DNA of 64,000 bases from Zootoca vivipara (GCF_963506605.1 NC_083282.1:36580001-36644000); one strand, 5' to 3'. Positions 11,623 through 24,702 are shown, numbered from the stretch's first letter. The notes: a model not told the origin generated them from the sequence alone. Numbers and translations are program-made.

Positions 11623-14600
11623 GTAAGAATGAAGGGATGAATCAGATGATGAGACAGCAGGTGACATTGAAGTGGAAAGGAGCGTAAGAACGTCACTGGA
11701 AGATGAGGCTTAGATGTCCTAGTCTAGCATCCTGCTTCCTAGAGCAGCCAGCCAGAGGTCTCTGAGAAGCCCACAGCTGGGGCATGATAGAATATTGATA
11801 TAGACTATATAGAGATATTTTATCCTCTCTTGCATTCTTCCTCTCCTTCCAGCTGGCAGAAAAATATGGCAATGTCTTCAGCATTCAGGTTGGGAAAATA
11901 TGGATCGTGATCGTGAATGGATTGCATCTGGTGAAGGAAGCTCTGGTCCATCAGGGTGAAAACTTCATAGATCGTCCAGTTGATCCTCTTTCCAAGGAAA
12001 TCACTAGGTCATTGGGTGAGTGACTTTAAATTACGGTCAGTTGTTTAAATTTATTTATTTATTTCTAGCTCAGAAACGCGCTTCTGTATCATCATTTGGT
12101 ATAACAGCATAATCTCATCTTTTTCTGGTGAAAGTTCCTATCTAATTGAAAAGCCAAAATTAAATGGAGAGAAAAACGGAAATATCATAATCAAGGCCAT
12201 ATAAACCGGTACCATTAATCCAGATAAGCAATGCCAGAGTGGCCTAAAGGGCTTCAGTGCAGAAGGGACATTTGTAAAAAATATATTGACTGCTTTACGT
12301 GTACCTATACGTTTACTTCATTTTGTGTATTTCTAAATATATGCTGCCTTTCTATCAGCTCCCAAAAACTTTCAAAAGACAGAATAAAGTTAGTACAGGG
12401 AGCCAGCAACATTATGTGGGGTGGGGTAGGGTAGAATAAATAAGTAAATTTGCCATTTCCGCTTACCATTTATTATTTTTTCGTCCATCTACACACCCAG
12501 TGGGCTTTCCTTGCTTACCAGGCTTGGGGGAGGTCTCAGGGGGCCCAAGGAAGCCCTTGGGGCTCCTTCCTACAGCCCAGTAGGTAGTCCCCCAGTTTGT
12601 GGGGTGGCGTGGGCTCTAGGGATTCATTGAATTTGCCTTTGCACACCCACCCAGAACCAAACTCCCACATAAGTGGTGGGCCAACTGTATTCAAAAATGC
12701 AACCCAAACAGTAAAAAACAAAAACAAACAAACCCACAGAAAATAATAATCAAACAGCAGCAGCAGCAGAACTAACAGCAATCAAATAAAAACAACCAGC
12801 CTGCCTCACAGTCTTTCCAAAGCAACACAAACAGGCAAGCAAAATAACTGAAAGGAAACCTTGATTTCAGCAAGGCCTTTGACAAGGTGCCCCATGATAT
12901 TTTTGTAAAGAAGCTGGTAAAATGTGGGCTAGACAATGCTACCATTCAGTGGATTTGTAACTGGCTGACTGACCGAACCCAAACGGTGCTCATCAATGGC
13001 TCCTCTTCATCCTGGAGAGAAGTGACTAGTGGGGTGCCACAGGGTTCTGTCTTGGGCCCAGTCTTATTCAACATCTTTATCAATGACTTGGATGATGGGC
13101 TTGAGGGCATCCTGATCAAGTTTGCAGATGACACCAAATTGGGAGGGGTGGCTAATACCCCAGAGGACAGGATCACACTTCAAAATGACCTTAACAGATT
13201 AGACAATTGGGCCAAAGCAAATAAGATGAATTTTAACAGGGAGAAATGTAAAATACAGTGTGATGCAGCAGCTAAAAAAGCCAATGCAATTCTGGGCTGC
13301 ATCAATAGGAGTATAGCATCTAGATCAAGGGAAGTAATAGTATCACTGTACATATTCTGCTCTGGTCAGACCTCACCTGGAGTACTGTGTCCAGTTCTGG
13401 GCACCACAGTTCAAGAAGGATACTGACAAGCTGGAACGTGTCCAGAGGAGGGCAACCAAAATGGTCAAAGACCTGGAAATGATGCCTTATGAGGAACGGC
13501 TTAGGGAGCTGGGCATGTTTAGCCTGGAGAAGAGAAGGTTAAGGAGTGATATGGTAGCCATGTTCAAATATATAAAAGGATGTCATATAGAGGAGGGAGA
13601 AAGGTTGTTTTCTGCTGCTCCAGAGAAGCGGACACGGAGCAATGGATTCAAACTACAAGAAAGAAGATTCCACCTAAGCATTAGGAAGAACTTCCTGACA
13701 GTAAGAGCTGTTCGGCAGTGGAATTTGCTACCAAGGAGTGTGGTGGAGTCTCCTTCTTTGGAGGTCTTTAAGCAGAGGCTTGACAGCCATATGTCAAGAA
13801 TGCTTTGATGGTGTTTCCTGCTTGGCAGGGGGTTGGACTGGATGGCCCTTGTGGTCTCTTCCAACTCTATGATTCTATGATGCTATGAAATAGTCAGTGT
13901 TATAATTAAACGTTAAATGTTCTTACTTGCGACGTGTACTTGTTATTTCTTCCCATCTAGGACTGATCGCCTCTAATGGTCTCACCTGGAAACAACAGAG
14001 ACGATTTGCCATATCAATGCTCAAAAACTTTGGTTTGGGTAAAAGGACTTTAGAAGAACGAATACAGGAAGAGTGCCGATACCTAAACGAAGCTATTGAA
14101 GCTGAGAAAGGTGCAAACCAGAGTCAAAAAAGCCTATTTCATATGAAAAGTTAAAAAAAATACATAAGTCATGGTATGAAGCTTTCAAGTGCTGCTTTGT
14201 GGCATCTCTGCTTAAGCTGGGACAACCCCATGGTTAGAGGGACGTCAGTGTAAAACTCAACCCATAGCCTTTGTGGGTCTTTGTGGGTCTTATTTCTCCC
14301 ATAGCCACAGCCTTGGATTCAGACAGAAATCAAATACCGTTGCTCTGAAACTCTCCAGCTTGCTCTTTTACTTCTAGGTGACATCCCTGCAAAGTCTACC
14401 CTAGATTCCCTCATTGCAGTCTGACAGAGGGGCCTTTCCCCCAGGTGATCATGAGGCAGCTAGCCTGGCTTATGTTTTAACACTTGCTGCCTCCAGGGAT
14501 TCAAGGGGTCTGGCACACATAACCTCAGAACAACATACAGTAGATATAAAATCTCACAGAACAATGTGTTAGATAACTTATACCAGGCATCCCCAAACTT

Positions 14601-17600
14601 GTCCCTCCAGATGTTTTGGGGCTACAACTCCCATTATCCCTAGCTAACAGGACCAGTGGTCAGGGATGGTGGGACTTGTAGTCCCAAAACAGCTGGAGGG
14701 CCGAGTTTGGGGGTGCCCGGCTTATACCTATAGCTGTGCAGTTTTCCTTACCATGTTCCACTAAGGCTGTAAAATTCATCCACTCTGCCGTCCAGACATC
14801 CTCTATCTCAGTGTTTCTCAACCAGTGTGCCTCCAGATGTTTTGGGACTACAACTCCCATCATCCCTAGCTAGCAAGACCAGTGGTCGGGAATGATGGGA
14901 GTTGTAGTCCCAAAACATCTGGAGGCACACTGGTTGAGAAACACTGCTCTATCTGATGAACATCTGCTGTGCCCCCCTACTCCATCCAGACTCACCCACT
15001 TCCCCCACCTTCTGTTTTTGTTACATGGAAGCCATAAGCAGTCTTATTCCTTCTCCATTTCTCTCTCTTTCTCTCTCTCCAGGGCAACCATTTGACCCTC
15101 AGTTTCAGATTAATAATGCTGCTTCAAATATCATTTGTTCTGTCACTTTTGGGGACCGCTTTGATTACCATGACACTAATTTCCAGAAGTTATTGCTTTT
15201 CCTTGATGAGATAATATACCTTCAGGGATGTATTTGGACTCAGGTAGGTCTTCTGGTCCCAGGCACATTCCCACATTCTTGTTGACTGTTCATTGATTTG
15301 CTTTCAGCCCTCCTGTTCCTTTAAGTTCTGATTTCTTTTTTCCCCTTTGTCTTGTCATTCAGGCATCGCACACCATCCCATATCCCTTTGACATCTTGCC
15401 CTCACATTATCTATTAAAATTCCAAAGGCAGGGTGTGTTTATAAACTGGATTTAAGATCCAGAGCATGTGTTGCAATGAACACAGTGATGCAATCCCAAA
15501 TGACATACACGGCTTAATTCCACACTCCCCGCTTACCAATTAGAATCTGTGAAAGGCCACCCCATGCAGATAGGCATCATCAAATGAGAAAAACTACATT
15601 GGCACCATTTTCCTGATATCGGGCAAGGTGCATGCATTTTTCAAACAGGTAGCCATCTTCATTGGAAGCCATCGCATGGATTGCTACCTCCTTTGATACT
15701 GGCATGATCTGCAACTGTTATGAGAGAGGGCTTTCCCTGCACAAATCTGATGCTAGTGTTTGTTTCCTCAGCTGTACAATGCATTTCCCACTCTCATGAA
15801 GCACTTGCCAGGCCCCCATCAGACTGTTATTAAAAACTGGGGACAACTGAAATCCTTTGTGAGAGAAATCATTGAAAAACATGAAGAAGACCGGAACCCA
15901 TCTGCACCCAAAGATTTCATAGATGCCTATCTAAATCATATGGCCACGGTAAGAAACAAAAAGTATAGTTTGTGTAGTAGCAGTAATAGAAAGCAGAGGC
16001 AAAATCTAAAGGATCAGAACTTACCCTGTATTTTCCATTGGCTCTGTATGAAAGCAGCCAAAGAGGTGAGGGTGCAAGTGTGTATACAAGTGCATACATG
16101 AATATGAAATAATGTATATCCAGGGGTGACCCATCACCACTTTTCCAGTGCCTGAAATCCACCAGATTCACAGGACTGTTGACTTGGCTGTGCTAGATCC
16201 AGGACACTTGTCAGGAATAGAGCTCATGAATCTCATTGCCATCACTTGATATATAGGACTGAAACTGGGATGGTGTTTTTAATGACAGGTGAACCCTTTG
16301 GTGCATTTTCTTTGTTTTAAGGAGGATGCTGCTTCCAGTTTTCATAAAGACAACCTCCTACAATCAACACTGGATCTCTTTTTTGCTGGAACAGAAACAT
16401 CTTCCACAACCCTGCGCTGGGCCTTGCTTTACATGGCCATTTCCCCGGAAATTCAAGGTAGAGCTATCATTTGCTTGTCTTTGATTAGTTTTGGTTGGAG
16501 TAAGTCTACTGCAATTAAGGGATGTAACCTATAGGCTATTAAGTTCAATTTGTTTTCCATGAGTATGACTAACATTGAATAGCACCAGTGCTTTGTTTCT
16601 AGGGGGGGGGGGGAGGTGCCAGTATGCACCATGAAGTTGTTACGATAAGTGCCACACTTTTAACATATCCATTAAAAAGCTGCTGTTCAGTACCCCCAGG
16701 GGGAAAAAAGCTGAATTCCACCATTCCCTTTTTTGGATGAGTTCCCAATGCCATGTTGGTATGTTACTATAGCAGATACACAGATATAGGATGGGAGATA
16801 TCTGGCTTGACAGCAGAACATGTGAAAAGGATCTGGGGGCCTTAACATGAATCAACAGTGTGATGCAGTAGCAGAAAAAAGGGGGGGAACCCCTAATGCA
16901 ATTCTAGGTTGTATCAATAGCAGTATAAGATCAAGTGAAGTAATAGAACCACTGTGTTCTGCCTTGGTCATACCCCAACTGGACTTCTGTTTTCAGTTCT
17001 GGGCACCACAATTTGAGAAGGCTATTGATATGCTGGAATGGGTGTAGAGGAGAGTGAAACAGATAAAGGGTCTGGAACCAAGCCTTCTGAGGAATGGTCG
17101 AGGGAATTGGGTATGAGAGGACATATGATAGCCATCTTCTAATCTCTGAAGGGCTGTCATGTGGAAGATGGAGCAGGTTTGTTTTCTGTTATTGCAGAGG
17201 GTAAGACCTGAACTAATGGATTCAAATATTAGGAGGAGCTTTCAGACAGTGGAACGGACTACCTTGGAAGGTGGTGGACTCTTTTGGATGATCATCTACC
17301 AAGGATTCTTTAGCTGTGATTCCTGTATTGCAGGGGTTGGAATACATGGCCCTTGGAGTCCCTTCCAACTCTACAGTTCTATGATTCCATGAATCCTTGC
17401 CTCTAGTCTAAGCTATAGGTTCAATAGTAACTACAATAAGATAATTTCATAGCAAAATGTAGAAATGTTTTTGTTCTTTTGGGGATTTGAAATTAGAATG
17501 GGAGCTAGGTTGTATGAATGATGTTCTGTGGTCTGCCTCAAGATATTTCTTGGAGTGATAAAAAAATGCAGTAGGTCTAGTGGTATTAATATGTTATTAT

Positions 17601-19077
17601 GTAAAGTGATTAATTTATTGAATCAACTCAAGCAAATAGAGAAAGGAGATGCATAGGGTGGAATTCAACTTCAAATTATGATTTCATTAGTGCAAGCATT
17701 TCTGCTTGCCTGTCTCCTCCCACTGTGTGGTGTTCTGGGGTGGGTGGGTTACTGAGCTACTAGAGATTGGAGGGAGTGGGAGGAGAGGGGGGAGGAAGTC
17801 CCATTGTGCTGGCATCTGCTGGCACAAACAGCTTAGTTAAAACTGACCATTGTACTGTATACTTAAATGTGTGATCGTATTTTTAAATGTGTGATCGTAT
17901 TTGAAGTTTAAATGCAGGAAATTCAAATGTGATCCATAGCATCCCTTACGAAAATGTCCTCAAGCTTTGCTTCCTGCATCAGAATAATGTGATTTATGCC
18001 AAACTGAAGCCAGTTAATATCATAGGTGTCTTTCACAACACTTCGTTTAGCAAGTAGTTGACCATAAAATGTGCCTCTTTCAACACGACTTCTAAATGGA
18101 GATTGTTAACTCAGTTGCTAACTGTTTTGCATTTGATCTGAATTGATTGTATGAGCTGGTGTTCTTTTAACTGTTACATCATATGCATATATAATTATTA
18201 ATATGTAACTGTTTTTGTATATGTAGCTGCTTTATATACTTTAACTGTTTTTGATGTGTGATGTTTTGCTGTGGTTTTATAATTTGCTGGAAGCTGCCCA
18301 GATTGGCTAGGGCAACCCAGTCAGATGGGCAGCATTTAAATAAATCTATTGTTGTTGTTATTTATTATTATTATTATTATTATTATTTTATTTATTTATT
18401 TTATTTGGGCAGGATTCGCCGAAGGAGTCCTGTCAGCAGAAGCTGTGAACATGGACTTCCACTTGTACAAAAAGGCTTCCTGCCTCTCCTCTCCCTGTAC
18501 TTCTCTCTCACACACCCTGAAATTGGTCCAAGGAGGTTGGGAGAGGCCATAGAACAGTGCAGAAGGGAAAGAGAGAGGGGGAACTTTACATCTGGCACGC
18601 TGCAATAAACGGTGCAGTCAAAACAATTTTATTTAGGCAGTAGATGGACCATTCCAACTAGAGATCTTGAGCTCTCAGTTTTTGTCTGTTCTTCTTGTAT
18701 TGAAGCTAAACTTCTTCTTCTTTTGTAGCCAGAGTCCAAGTGGAAATAGATTCTGTGATTGGCCAGTCTCGCCAACCAGCGATAGGTGACAAGGACAGCA
18801 TGCCCTATACCAATGCGGTTGTTCATGAAGTTCAAAGGATGAGCAGCATTGTGCCTTTGAATGTGCCCCGGATAGCAACTAAGGACACTACACTGGCTGG
18901 GTTTCATGTGCCCAAAGTAAATGTTAAGAACATAAAGCTCTTCTTGTTTGCCTTTGCTCTTCCAATACAGTGCACAAGTTTTTAATGTTTGATGTTTTGT
19001 CGTGTTTTTAATATTCTGTTGGGAGGCGCCCAGAGTGGCTAGGGAGACCCAGCAAGATGGGCAGGTTATAAGTAATA

Positions 19078-19124
<47 letters not shown>

Positions 19125-20678
19125 CAACAACATGGTGCCATCCAGATGTTGTTGGACTCCAACTGCCATCAGTTCCTGCCAGCATGACCAACAGGCAGGG
19201 ATGATGAAAGCTGTATCCCCAAACATCTGGAGGGCACCATGTTGGTAACCTCTGGTCTAAATACAGAGTTGTACCAGTCTCAGTTTGAATGGGTAGCTAG
19301 TCTGTCCGAAATTAGCCACTATCTGGTGTTGCTAACCCTGAATTTTAGTAGTCCAGCAGACTTGGAATGTCTTTTAAAATCTATATTGGAACTGTGCTTT
19401 TGTGGGACATCTTTGGATGAATAAGTTAATAATGAGAAGTAAATATTGCACTCAGAACATATCCTTTCTCTGCCAGAAGATATAGGTTTAGTACTGCTTT
19501 AATTTCAAAGAGAATACTTGAAAGCGCCTTGTCATTTTTAATCTTCTCTGCTTCTCCTTTGACAGGGGACCATATTGCTTGCCAATTTGACCTCTGTGCT
19601 GTTTGAGAAGGATGAGTGGGAAACCCCCAATGTGTTTAATCCTGGCCATTTCCTGGAGAATGGTCAGTTCCGGAAAAGGGAAGCATTCCTGCCATTCTCT
19701 GCAGGTAACAAAAGTTGAAGGGCTATATCATGGCAGCTTAGTTACTGAGAGCTTGGCATATTGCTAACTATATTGTGTATTTCAGCGATCACCAACCTCC
19801 TTGGGCCAGTGGGCACATTTGGCATTTAAGAAAGTGCTATGGGGCACCAGCCACAAAATGGCTGCCCTTTGGGGTGTGTGGTGTAACACAAAATGGTCTG
19901 GTGTTTCCTGATATCTTTCATGAGCAGCCCACGGGGAGTTAGGCTGTATTGTTAAAGTGTTTCCTTTCTCCATGCTCACACAGTTGTTTTCTTTACTGCA
20001 CTGTGAGAAAAAGAGCCTGCTTCTCATCACGCAGCTCAGAAAGTAAGCAGCGTCTGGGGGAATTATTCACAGAATCATATTTATGATGTTTTCTACAATC
20101 AAACGGTATATAATTTTTATTTTCCTTCATTTTCCCAATGTTAAATTCAGTTCCCCACATTTCAGCGGCAATCCACAGTTCAAAAGAAAACCTATTTTAG
20201 TGCATATTTTTCCTATTGACACATTTTTAAATCTCACTGTGACTAATATACACAATTTTGTAAACAAGTCCCCTAAAATGTTGAATTTTTGTATGTTCTT
20301 TTCTCTAATATAGGCATTTTATGGACACTTTCCCTTAATATGCATTTTTGGACACATTGGTTGGTTGGAGAACAACTGTGAATTTCAAAGAATGGCTGCA
20401 TTTTGTGTGTGCTCATGTATTGGTTTGAGAAGTATGATTTACAGATATTGCTATGAAGATGCAAACTCTCTACTAACATAGTCTCTCCCCCCCCCCTTTT
20501 AGGAAAGCGAGCTTGTCTTGGAGAGCAATTGGCGAGGATTGAGCTTTTTCTTTTCTTCACTGCCCTACTTCAGAAGTTCACTTTCCAGGCTCCAAAAGGC
20601 ATGACATTGAGCCTTGACCATCGGTCAGGTCTTACATTATCTCCCCAGCCGTATCGGATATGTGCATTCTCTCGCTGA
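11422..20678 (+). CDS. CYP2J: Cytochrome P450 family 2, CYP2J-like, paralog A (9 exons, 496 aa, intact)
   Basis: Exons 11422-11622, 11853-12015, 13961-14110, 15083-15243, 15772-15948, 16322-16457, 18729-18916, 19566-19704, 20503-20678; 1491 nt in total, all GT-AG, frame open. Motifs: [39 protein letters not shown]-terminus ([27 protein letters not shown]) resembles sauropsid CYP2J. Confidence 0.92.
11853..12015 (+). CDS. CYP2J: CYP2J-like A exon 2
   Basis: ag|[25 protein letters not shown]|gtgagt, 163 nt. Confidence 0.9.
12859..13888 (+). mobile_element. CR1 LINE 3' part (RT domain to tail) in gene A intron 2
   Basis: [29 protein letters not shown]; internal deletion, frameshift; (ATTCTATG)n-type tail. 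Confidence 0.95.
13961..14110 (+). CDS. CYP2J: CYP2J-like A exon 3
   Basis: [20 protein letters not shown]|gtgcaa, 150 nt. Confidence 0.9.
14584..14719. mobile_element. hAT MITE
   Basis: caggcatccccaaact..agtttgggggtgcccg; TSD acttatac/gcttatac. Confidence 0.8.
14809..14946. mobile_element. Palindromic hAT MITE
   Basis: Long perfect TIRs cagtgtttctcaaccagtgtgcctccagatgttttgggactacaactcccatcat; perfect 8-bp TSD ctctatct. Confidence 0.9.
15083..15243 (+). CDS. CYP2J: CYP2J-like A exon 4
   Basis: GQPFDP..SNIICS..GCIWTQ|gtaggt, 161 nt. Confidence 0.9.
15772..15948 (+). CDS. CYP2J: CYP2J-like A exon 5
   Basis: [15 protein letters not shown]..|gtaaga, 177 nt. Confidence 0.9.
16322..16457 (+). 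CDS. CYP2J: CYP2J-like A exon 6 (I-helix)
   Basis: [17 protein letters not shown], 136 nt. Confidence 0.9.
16775..17395 (+). mobile_element. Degraded CR1 LINE 3' part in gene A intron 6
   Basis: [23 protein letters not shown]; ttctatgattccatga tail. Confidence 0.85.
18729..18916 (+). CDS. CYP2J: CYP2J-like A exon 7 (K-helix)
   Basis: [17 protein letters not shown]|gtaaat, 188 nt. Confidence 0.9.
19078..19122. repeat. (TAT)n microsatellite (L2-type tail)
   Basis: About 15 TAT units after gcccagagtggctaggg..gatggg. Confidence 0.85.
19566..19704 (+). CDS. CYP2J: CYP2J-like A exon 8
   Basis: [23 protein letters not shown]|gtaaca, 139 nt. Confidence 0.9.
20503..20678 (+). CDS. CYP2J: CYP2J-like A exon 9 (heme Cys)
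   Basis: [18 protein letters not shown] (TGA). Confidence 0.9.
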
Positions 20679-21309
20679 GGGGACTCAAAATTTGTTGGCT
20701 CTGCTCATTAAAAGAAGATGGTGAAGAATTTGGCCAGCATTGCCTCCTTAGTTTCTGTCCTTAGTGACAATCAGTTCCCTAAACTCCAGGGTCATAGCTC
20801 AATAGTAATGCATGTCCGTTGTATTTAGAAGACCTCAGGTTCAATCTGCATGACTGGTGTGTGGTTCTTCTCATAAATGATCACAAGTATGTGACTTTTA
20901 AAATTGTTCCAGTGGCACAGCTAGGGCAATGTCTTATAAACAAACAAAGCCTTGAATCTGAACCACTTAAACATTCAAATGCCAGATAAATAACCTACTC
21001 TGGAGAAAGGTTGCAGATGTAACCTGGATTGCAAGTATAACAATAAAAGAGCTCAGTTGGAACTTCAAGTTGTAGACTTTGATGTCCAAGCTTGCACAAG
21101 AGAGCTTTCCCCCCACTTCTCCAGGGGCACCCCCCCAAGGTGCAAGTACAACGGGGGTGGAAAGACAGCAGGTGGTCTGTCTGTCTGGAAAGCTGAAATG
21201 CTTGCCCTGTTGGTGTTGTTGCACATTATTAAATTTGTCCCCTAATGTGGAAGTAGCCCTAGCAGGAGACACTACATAAGGTCAGTGACTAATTCATAAA
21301 ACAAGAGGC

Positions 21310-22560
21310 CTTTAATTCATAAAACTGGTCACCATAAATGTGGCAGATGTTTATCTTGCCCATCTTCTTTGCAGACTAAAGAAATTTATGATGAAAAAAC
21401 CAATTTGAGATTTGTTATTCATCAATTTAGTACATGTCAGACCAGAGATGTGGTCTACCTTATTCAATGTCCTTGTAATCTATTGTACAGTGGTGCCTCG
21501 CTTAACGAATGCCCTGCTTAACGAAATTTCTGCTTAACGAAAGGTTTTTTCTAGCGGAGGTTGCCTCGCTAGACGAATGCGTTTTATGAAAAATTCATCT
21601 AGCGAATCGCGGTTTCCCATAGGAATGCATTGAAATTCAATTAATGTGTTCCTATGGGCAAAAAAAAAATAATCAAAAAAATTCAATGCATTCCTATGGG
21701 ATTCGCTAGACGAATTTTTCGTTATAAGAAAAGACCTGTGGAATGAATTAAATTCGTCTAGCGAGGCACCACTGTATATAGGCTCTACGACTTGAGCAGT
21801 TGGGGTTCGGATTGGGGAACATCGCTCACACATACTTAACGCCAATATGGAGGCACCTCTGGTAGAACATTTTGTTTCTCACAATCATTCAGACACGGAT
21901 TTATTATTTACAGTTTTATGGGTGAATCAGAGGACAATTGGTATCAGAAAAGATTATGAGCGACAGTTATGGCAGCAAGAAACCCATTTTATCTTTATGT
22001 TTAAAACTATTCATCCTGGGGGACTTAATTCTGAATGAGACCTCAATTGTTTTATTTGATTATCTGTATCTTTGTTATTACTTTGTACTGTATCTTTAAA
22101 CTCAGTTTCCTTGTTATTAGTAACACCTGGGGTTGGCTATATTTTTTTTTCCTAAAAATGTTGTTAGTAACAGTGACTATATATTCACATGAGCACTAAT
22201 CCAGAGTATTTTCCATTCTCATGTATATTACATCTATTCAAGAAAAGATTGGGTATGTAACCTTTTTATGTTACAGTTTATAATTTCCACGCTATTGAAG
22301 TTGTTGTTATGCATGTGCAGGTCATCTTTTAAACATTTTATTTTCAGTTTATGAAAAAAAATCTTTACAATTGGCTGATGAAAAATTAAATGAAACAGTA
22401 GTTGCTATCTGGAAACACTGTTCAGCAGAGTTCAGAGTTGGACATAAGAATTGGACATTGCCGATTACAAAGCTTCACAGCTTGTTCTCCGCCGGGTAAA
22501 GTCTGGCACCGTGATTCATTCAGTACTCTCAGACTTTCAGAGACTTTAATTTGTTAATCT
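21310..22560 (+). mobile_element. Penelope-like element (Neptune-type) GIY-YIG remnant
   Basis: With the nested MITE removed: GHHKCGRCLSC..TCQTRDVVYLIQCPCNLLYIGSTT*..RIGEHRSHI..APLVEHF..QETHFI..KTIHPGGLN. The 3' boundary is approximate. Confidence 0.85.
21488..21774. mobile_element. TcMar MITE nested in the Penelope endonuclease
   Basis: TA-cagtggtgcctcgct..agcgaggcaccactg-TA. Confidence 0.9.
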
Positions 22561-23086
22561 TTATGTTTTGAATTATTGCATAAAGTTTCACATTGTAATT
22601 GTTTTTGGCCATCGTGTTGCTTTAGATATTGCTGCTTTCTCAGACCTGAGCAGACAAGATTTGCCCATGTTGCGGTCAGGCCAGTGGCAGACCTTGGCAC
22701 CCTGCATGATGCCAATGTTTGGCACCCCCTGCCTCTCGCGCTCCATTCCAAATCATAGTTGCAACGTCCCCTGCAGTGCCCTCGAGGCTGCATGCCCACT
22801 GCCTCCAAACAGTTCATGCTCTCCTAAATCTGCATCTCCTCCTGGTTTCTGTTGTCCCATGACACAGGATATCTGTGGACCTTTTGGCCCCTTCGTTTCA
22901 TCTAGCCACACCACTCCCTCTTGACCTCATCCCTTTGAACTAATTGTTTACATCATTTATGGCAATCCCCTGTTGTTTTAAAAATAAACCTCACAAACCT
23001 CTGTATTTCAGTAGTTGCCTTTATATTTTGTCAACAGTAACTCAAGAGGCAACTTAATTGCTATCCCCTACACACTTGGAGCCAAA

Positions 23087-23435
23087 GAATCATAGAGTTG
23101 GAAGGGACCCCAATCGTCATCTAGTTCAACTCCCTGCAATGCAGGAATCTCAACTAAAGTATCCATGACTGATGGCCAGCCAACCTCTTCTTAAAAACCT
23201 CCAAGGAAGGAGAGCCCACAACCTCCCAAGGGTGTCCGTTCCGCTGTTGAACACCTCTTACTGTCAGAAAGTTCTTTCTGAAGTTTTGTCAGAATCTCCT
23301 TCCTTGTCATTTGTTACCCTCCAGAGCAGGAGGAAACACGCTTGTTCCATCATTCATCTGACAGCTGTTGAGATATTTGAGGATGGCTATCTTATCTCCT
23401 CTTGGTCTCCTCTTTTCTAGGCTAAGCATACCCAA
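23087..23435 (-). mobile_element. CR1 3' fragment
   Basis: gaatcatagagttggaagggaccc start (reverse tail); ctcttactgtcagaaagtt. Confidence 0.8.
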
Positions 23436-23654
23436 TTGCTGTTGAACTCATTGGAGCTTTCAGAATTGCCATCTCCCCCTCAGTCCTATGTAAATATAGA
23501 CTTGGGCGCTATATAAATTCCAGCAAGAAAAATAAAACAATGATAACAAACCTGGAGCGTATCTAAATACAACAGCAGCTGCACATAGCCAAAACAGTGA
23601 CCCATAATGGCCTATGCGCCTTAGGACCAAGCTATCTGAAAAACTGTATTCTAT

Positions 23655-23875
23655 TGTAAGAGCCTGTCCCAGGCTTTGTGGTCTTCAGAGAAAGCCCCTT
23701 TCTCGGTCCTGCTACCCTCACAGGCACAGTTGGTGGGGACGCAAGAGAGGGCCTTCTCGGTAGCTGCTCCCAGAGTTTGGAACTCCCTCCCTGAAGAAGC
23801 TAAGCTGGCTCCCTCCTTGTTGTCCTTCAACTGCAGGTGAAGACCTTCCTGTTCCAACAAACTTTGGGGAATTTG
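23655..23875 (+). mobile_element. L2 LINE 3' fragment
   Basis: RAFSVAAPRVWNSLP. Confidence 0.7.
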
Positions 23876-24237
23876 ACTACTTTTAATGAAAAGACTGGTA
23901 CCCTGCTGTTTCTTACTATAATTTTTAGTAGATTTTATACAGATTTTATATATCATTTTAATTCTATTAATGTATAATTGATTTTAATGATCATTTTTTC
24001 TATGTTTTTAGTGATTCTTGTTTTCATCAATTAGCTTCTTTAAGTCCCATGGGGGGGGGGGAAGGTGGGATACAAATATAAATAATATACCTCCTCCATT
24101 AAGATTGAGACTGCAACCCTATATATGTTACCCATATGCAAGCTTCATTGAATACATTGGAATTTGTTGCCTTTAAATTCTTCAACTATTCTTGATCTAG
24201 TTTGATTATTGCAATCCCATACCCAATTTGATTTATT

Positions 24238-24568
24238 GGAAGGTCAGCAGTTTGAATCCCCACGACGGGGTGAGCTCCCGTTGCTCGGTCCCAACTCCTG
24301 CCAACCTAGCAGTTTGAAAGCACATCAAAGTGCAAGTAGATAAATAGGGACCGCTCCGGCGGGAAGGTAAACGGCGTTTCCGTGCGCTGCTCTAGTTTGG
24401 GTGTTCAGTTGCAGCAGAAGCGGCTTAGTCATGCTGGCCACATGACCCGGAAAAACTGTCTGCGGACAAAGAGCGGCTCCCTCGTCCTGTAAAGCAAGAT
24501 GAGCGCCACAACCCCAGAGTTGTCTGTGACTGGACTTAACTGCCAGGGGACCTTTACCTTTACCTTTA
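24238..24568 (+). mobile_element. Sauria SINE
   Basis: gacggggtgagctcccgttgctc..gtcatgctggccacatgacc..(ACCTTT)n tail. Confidence 0.9.
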
Positions 24569-24702
24569 TGCCCATTGAACATAAAAAGCTTAACCTCTTA
24601 GCTTAACCTATGTAAGTTAACTGTGCACTGAATTCTAAATGAATTCCTGGACTTTAGCCTATCCTATCCTCCAGCACAATATTTGCACAAAATAGCTTCC
24701 AG

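Noticed and set aside
12887-13808. 179-aa and 115-aa ORFs as host genes
   Set aside because: They are CR1 reverse-transcriptase remnants with a deletion and frameshift.
16380-16415. AGTETSSTT in gene A as loss of the catalytic Thr
   Set aside because: The conserved acid-alcohol pair (E-T) is retained; the following Thr is the one changed to Ser.
18629-19162. Minus-strand ORFs over exon 7 in all paralogs
   Set aside because: Antisense shadows of conserved CYP exons extended through microsatellites.
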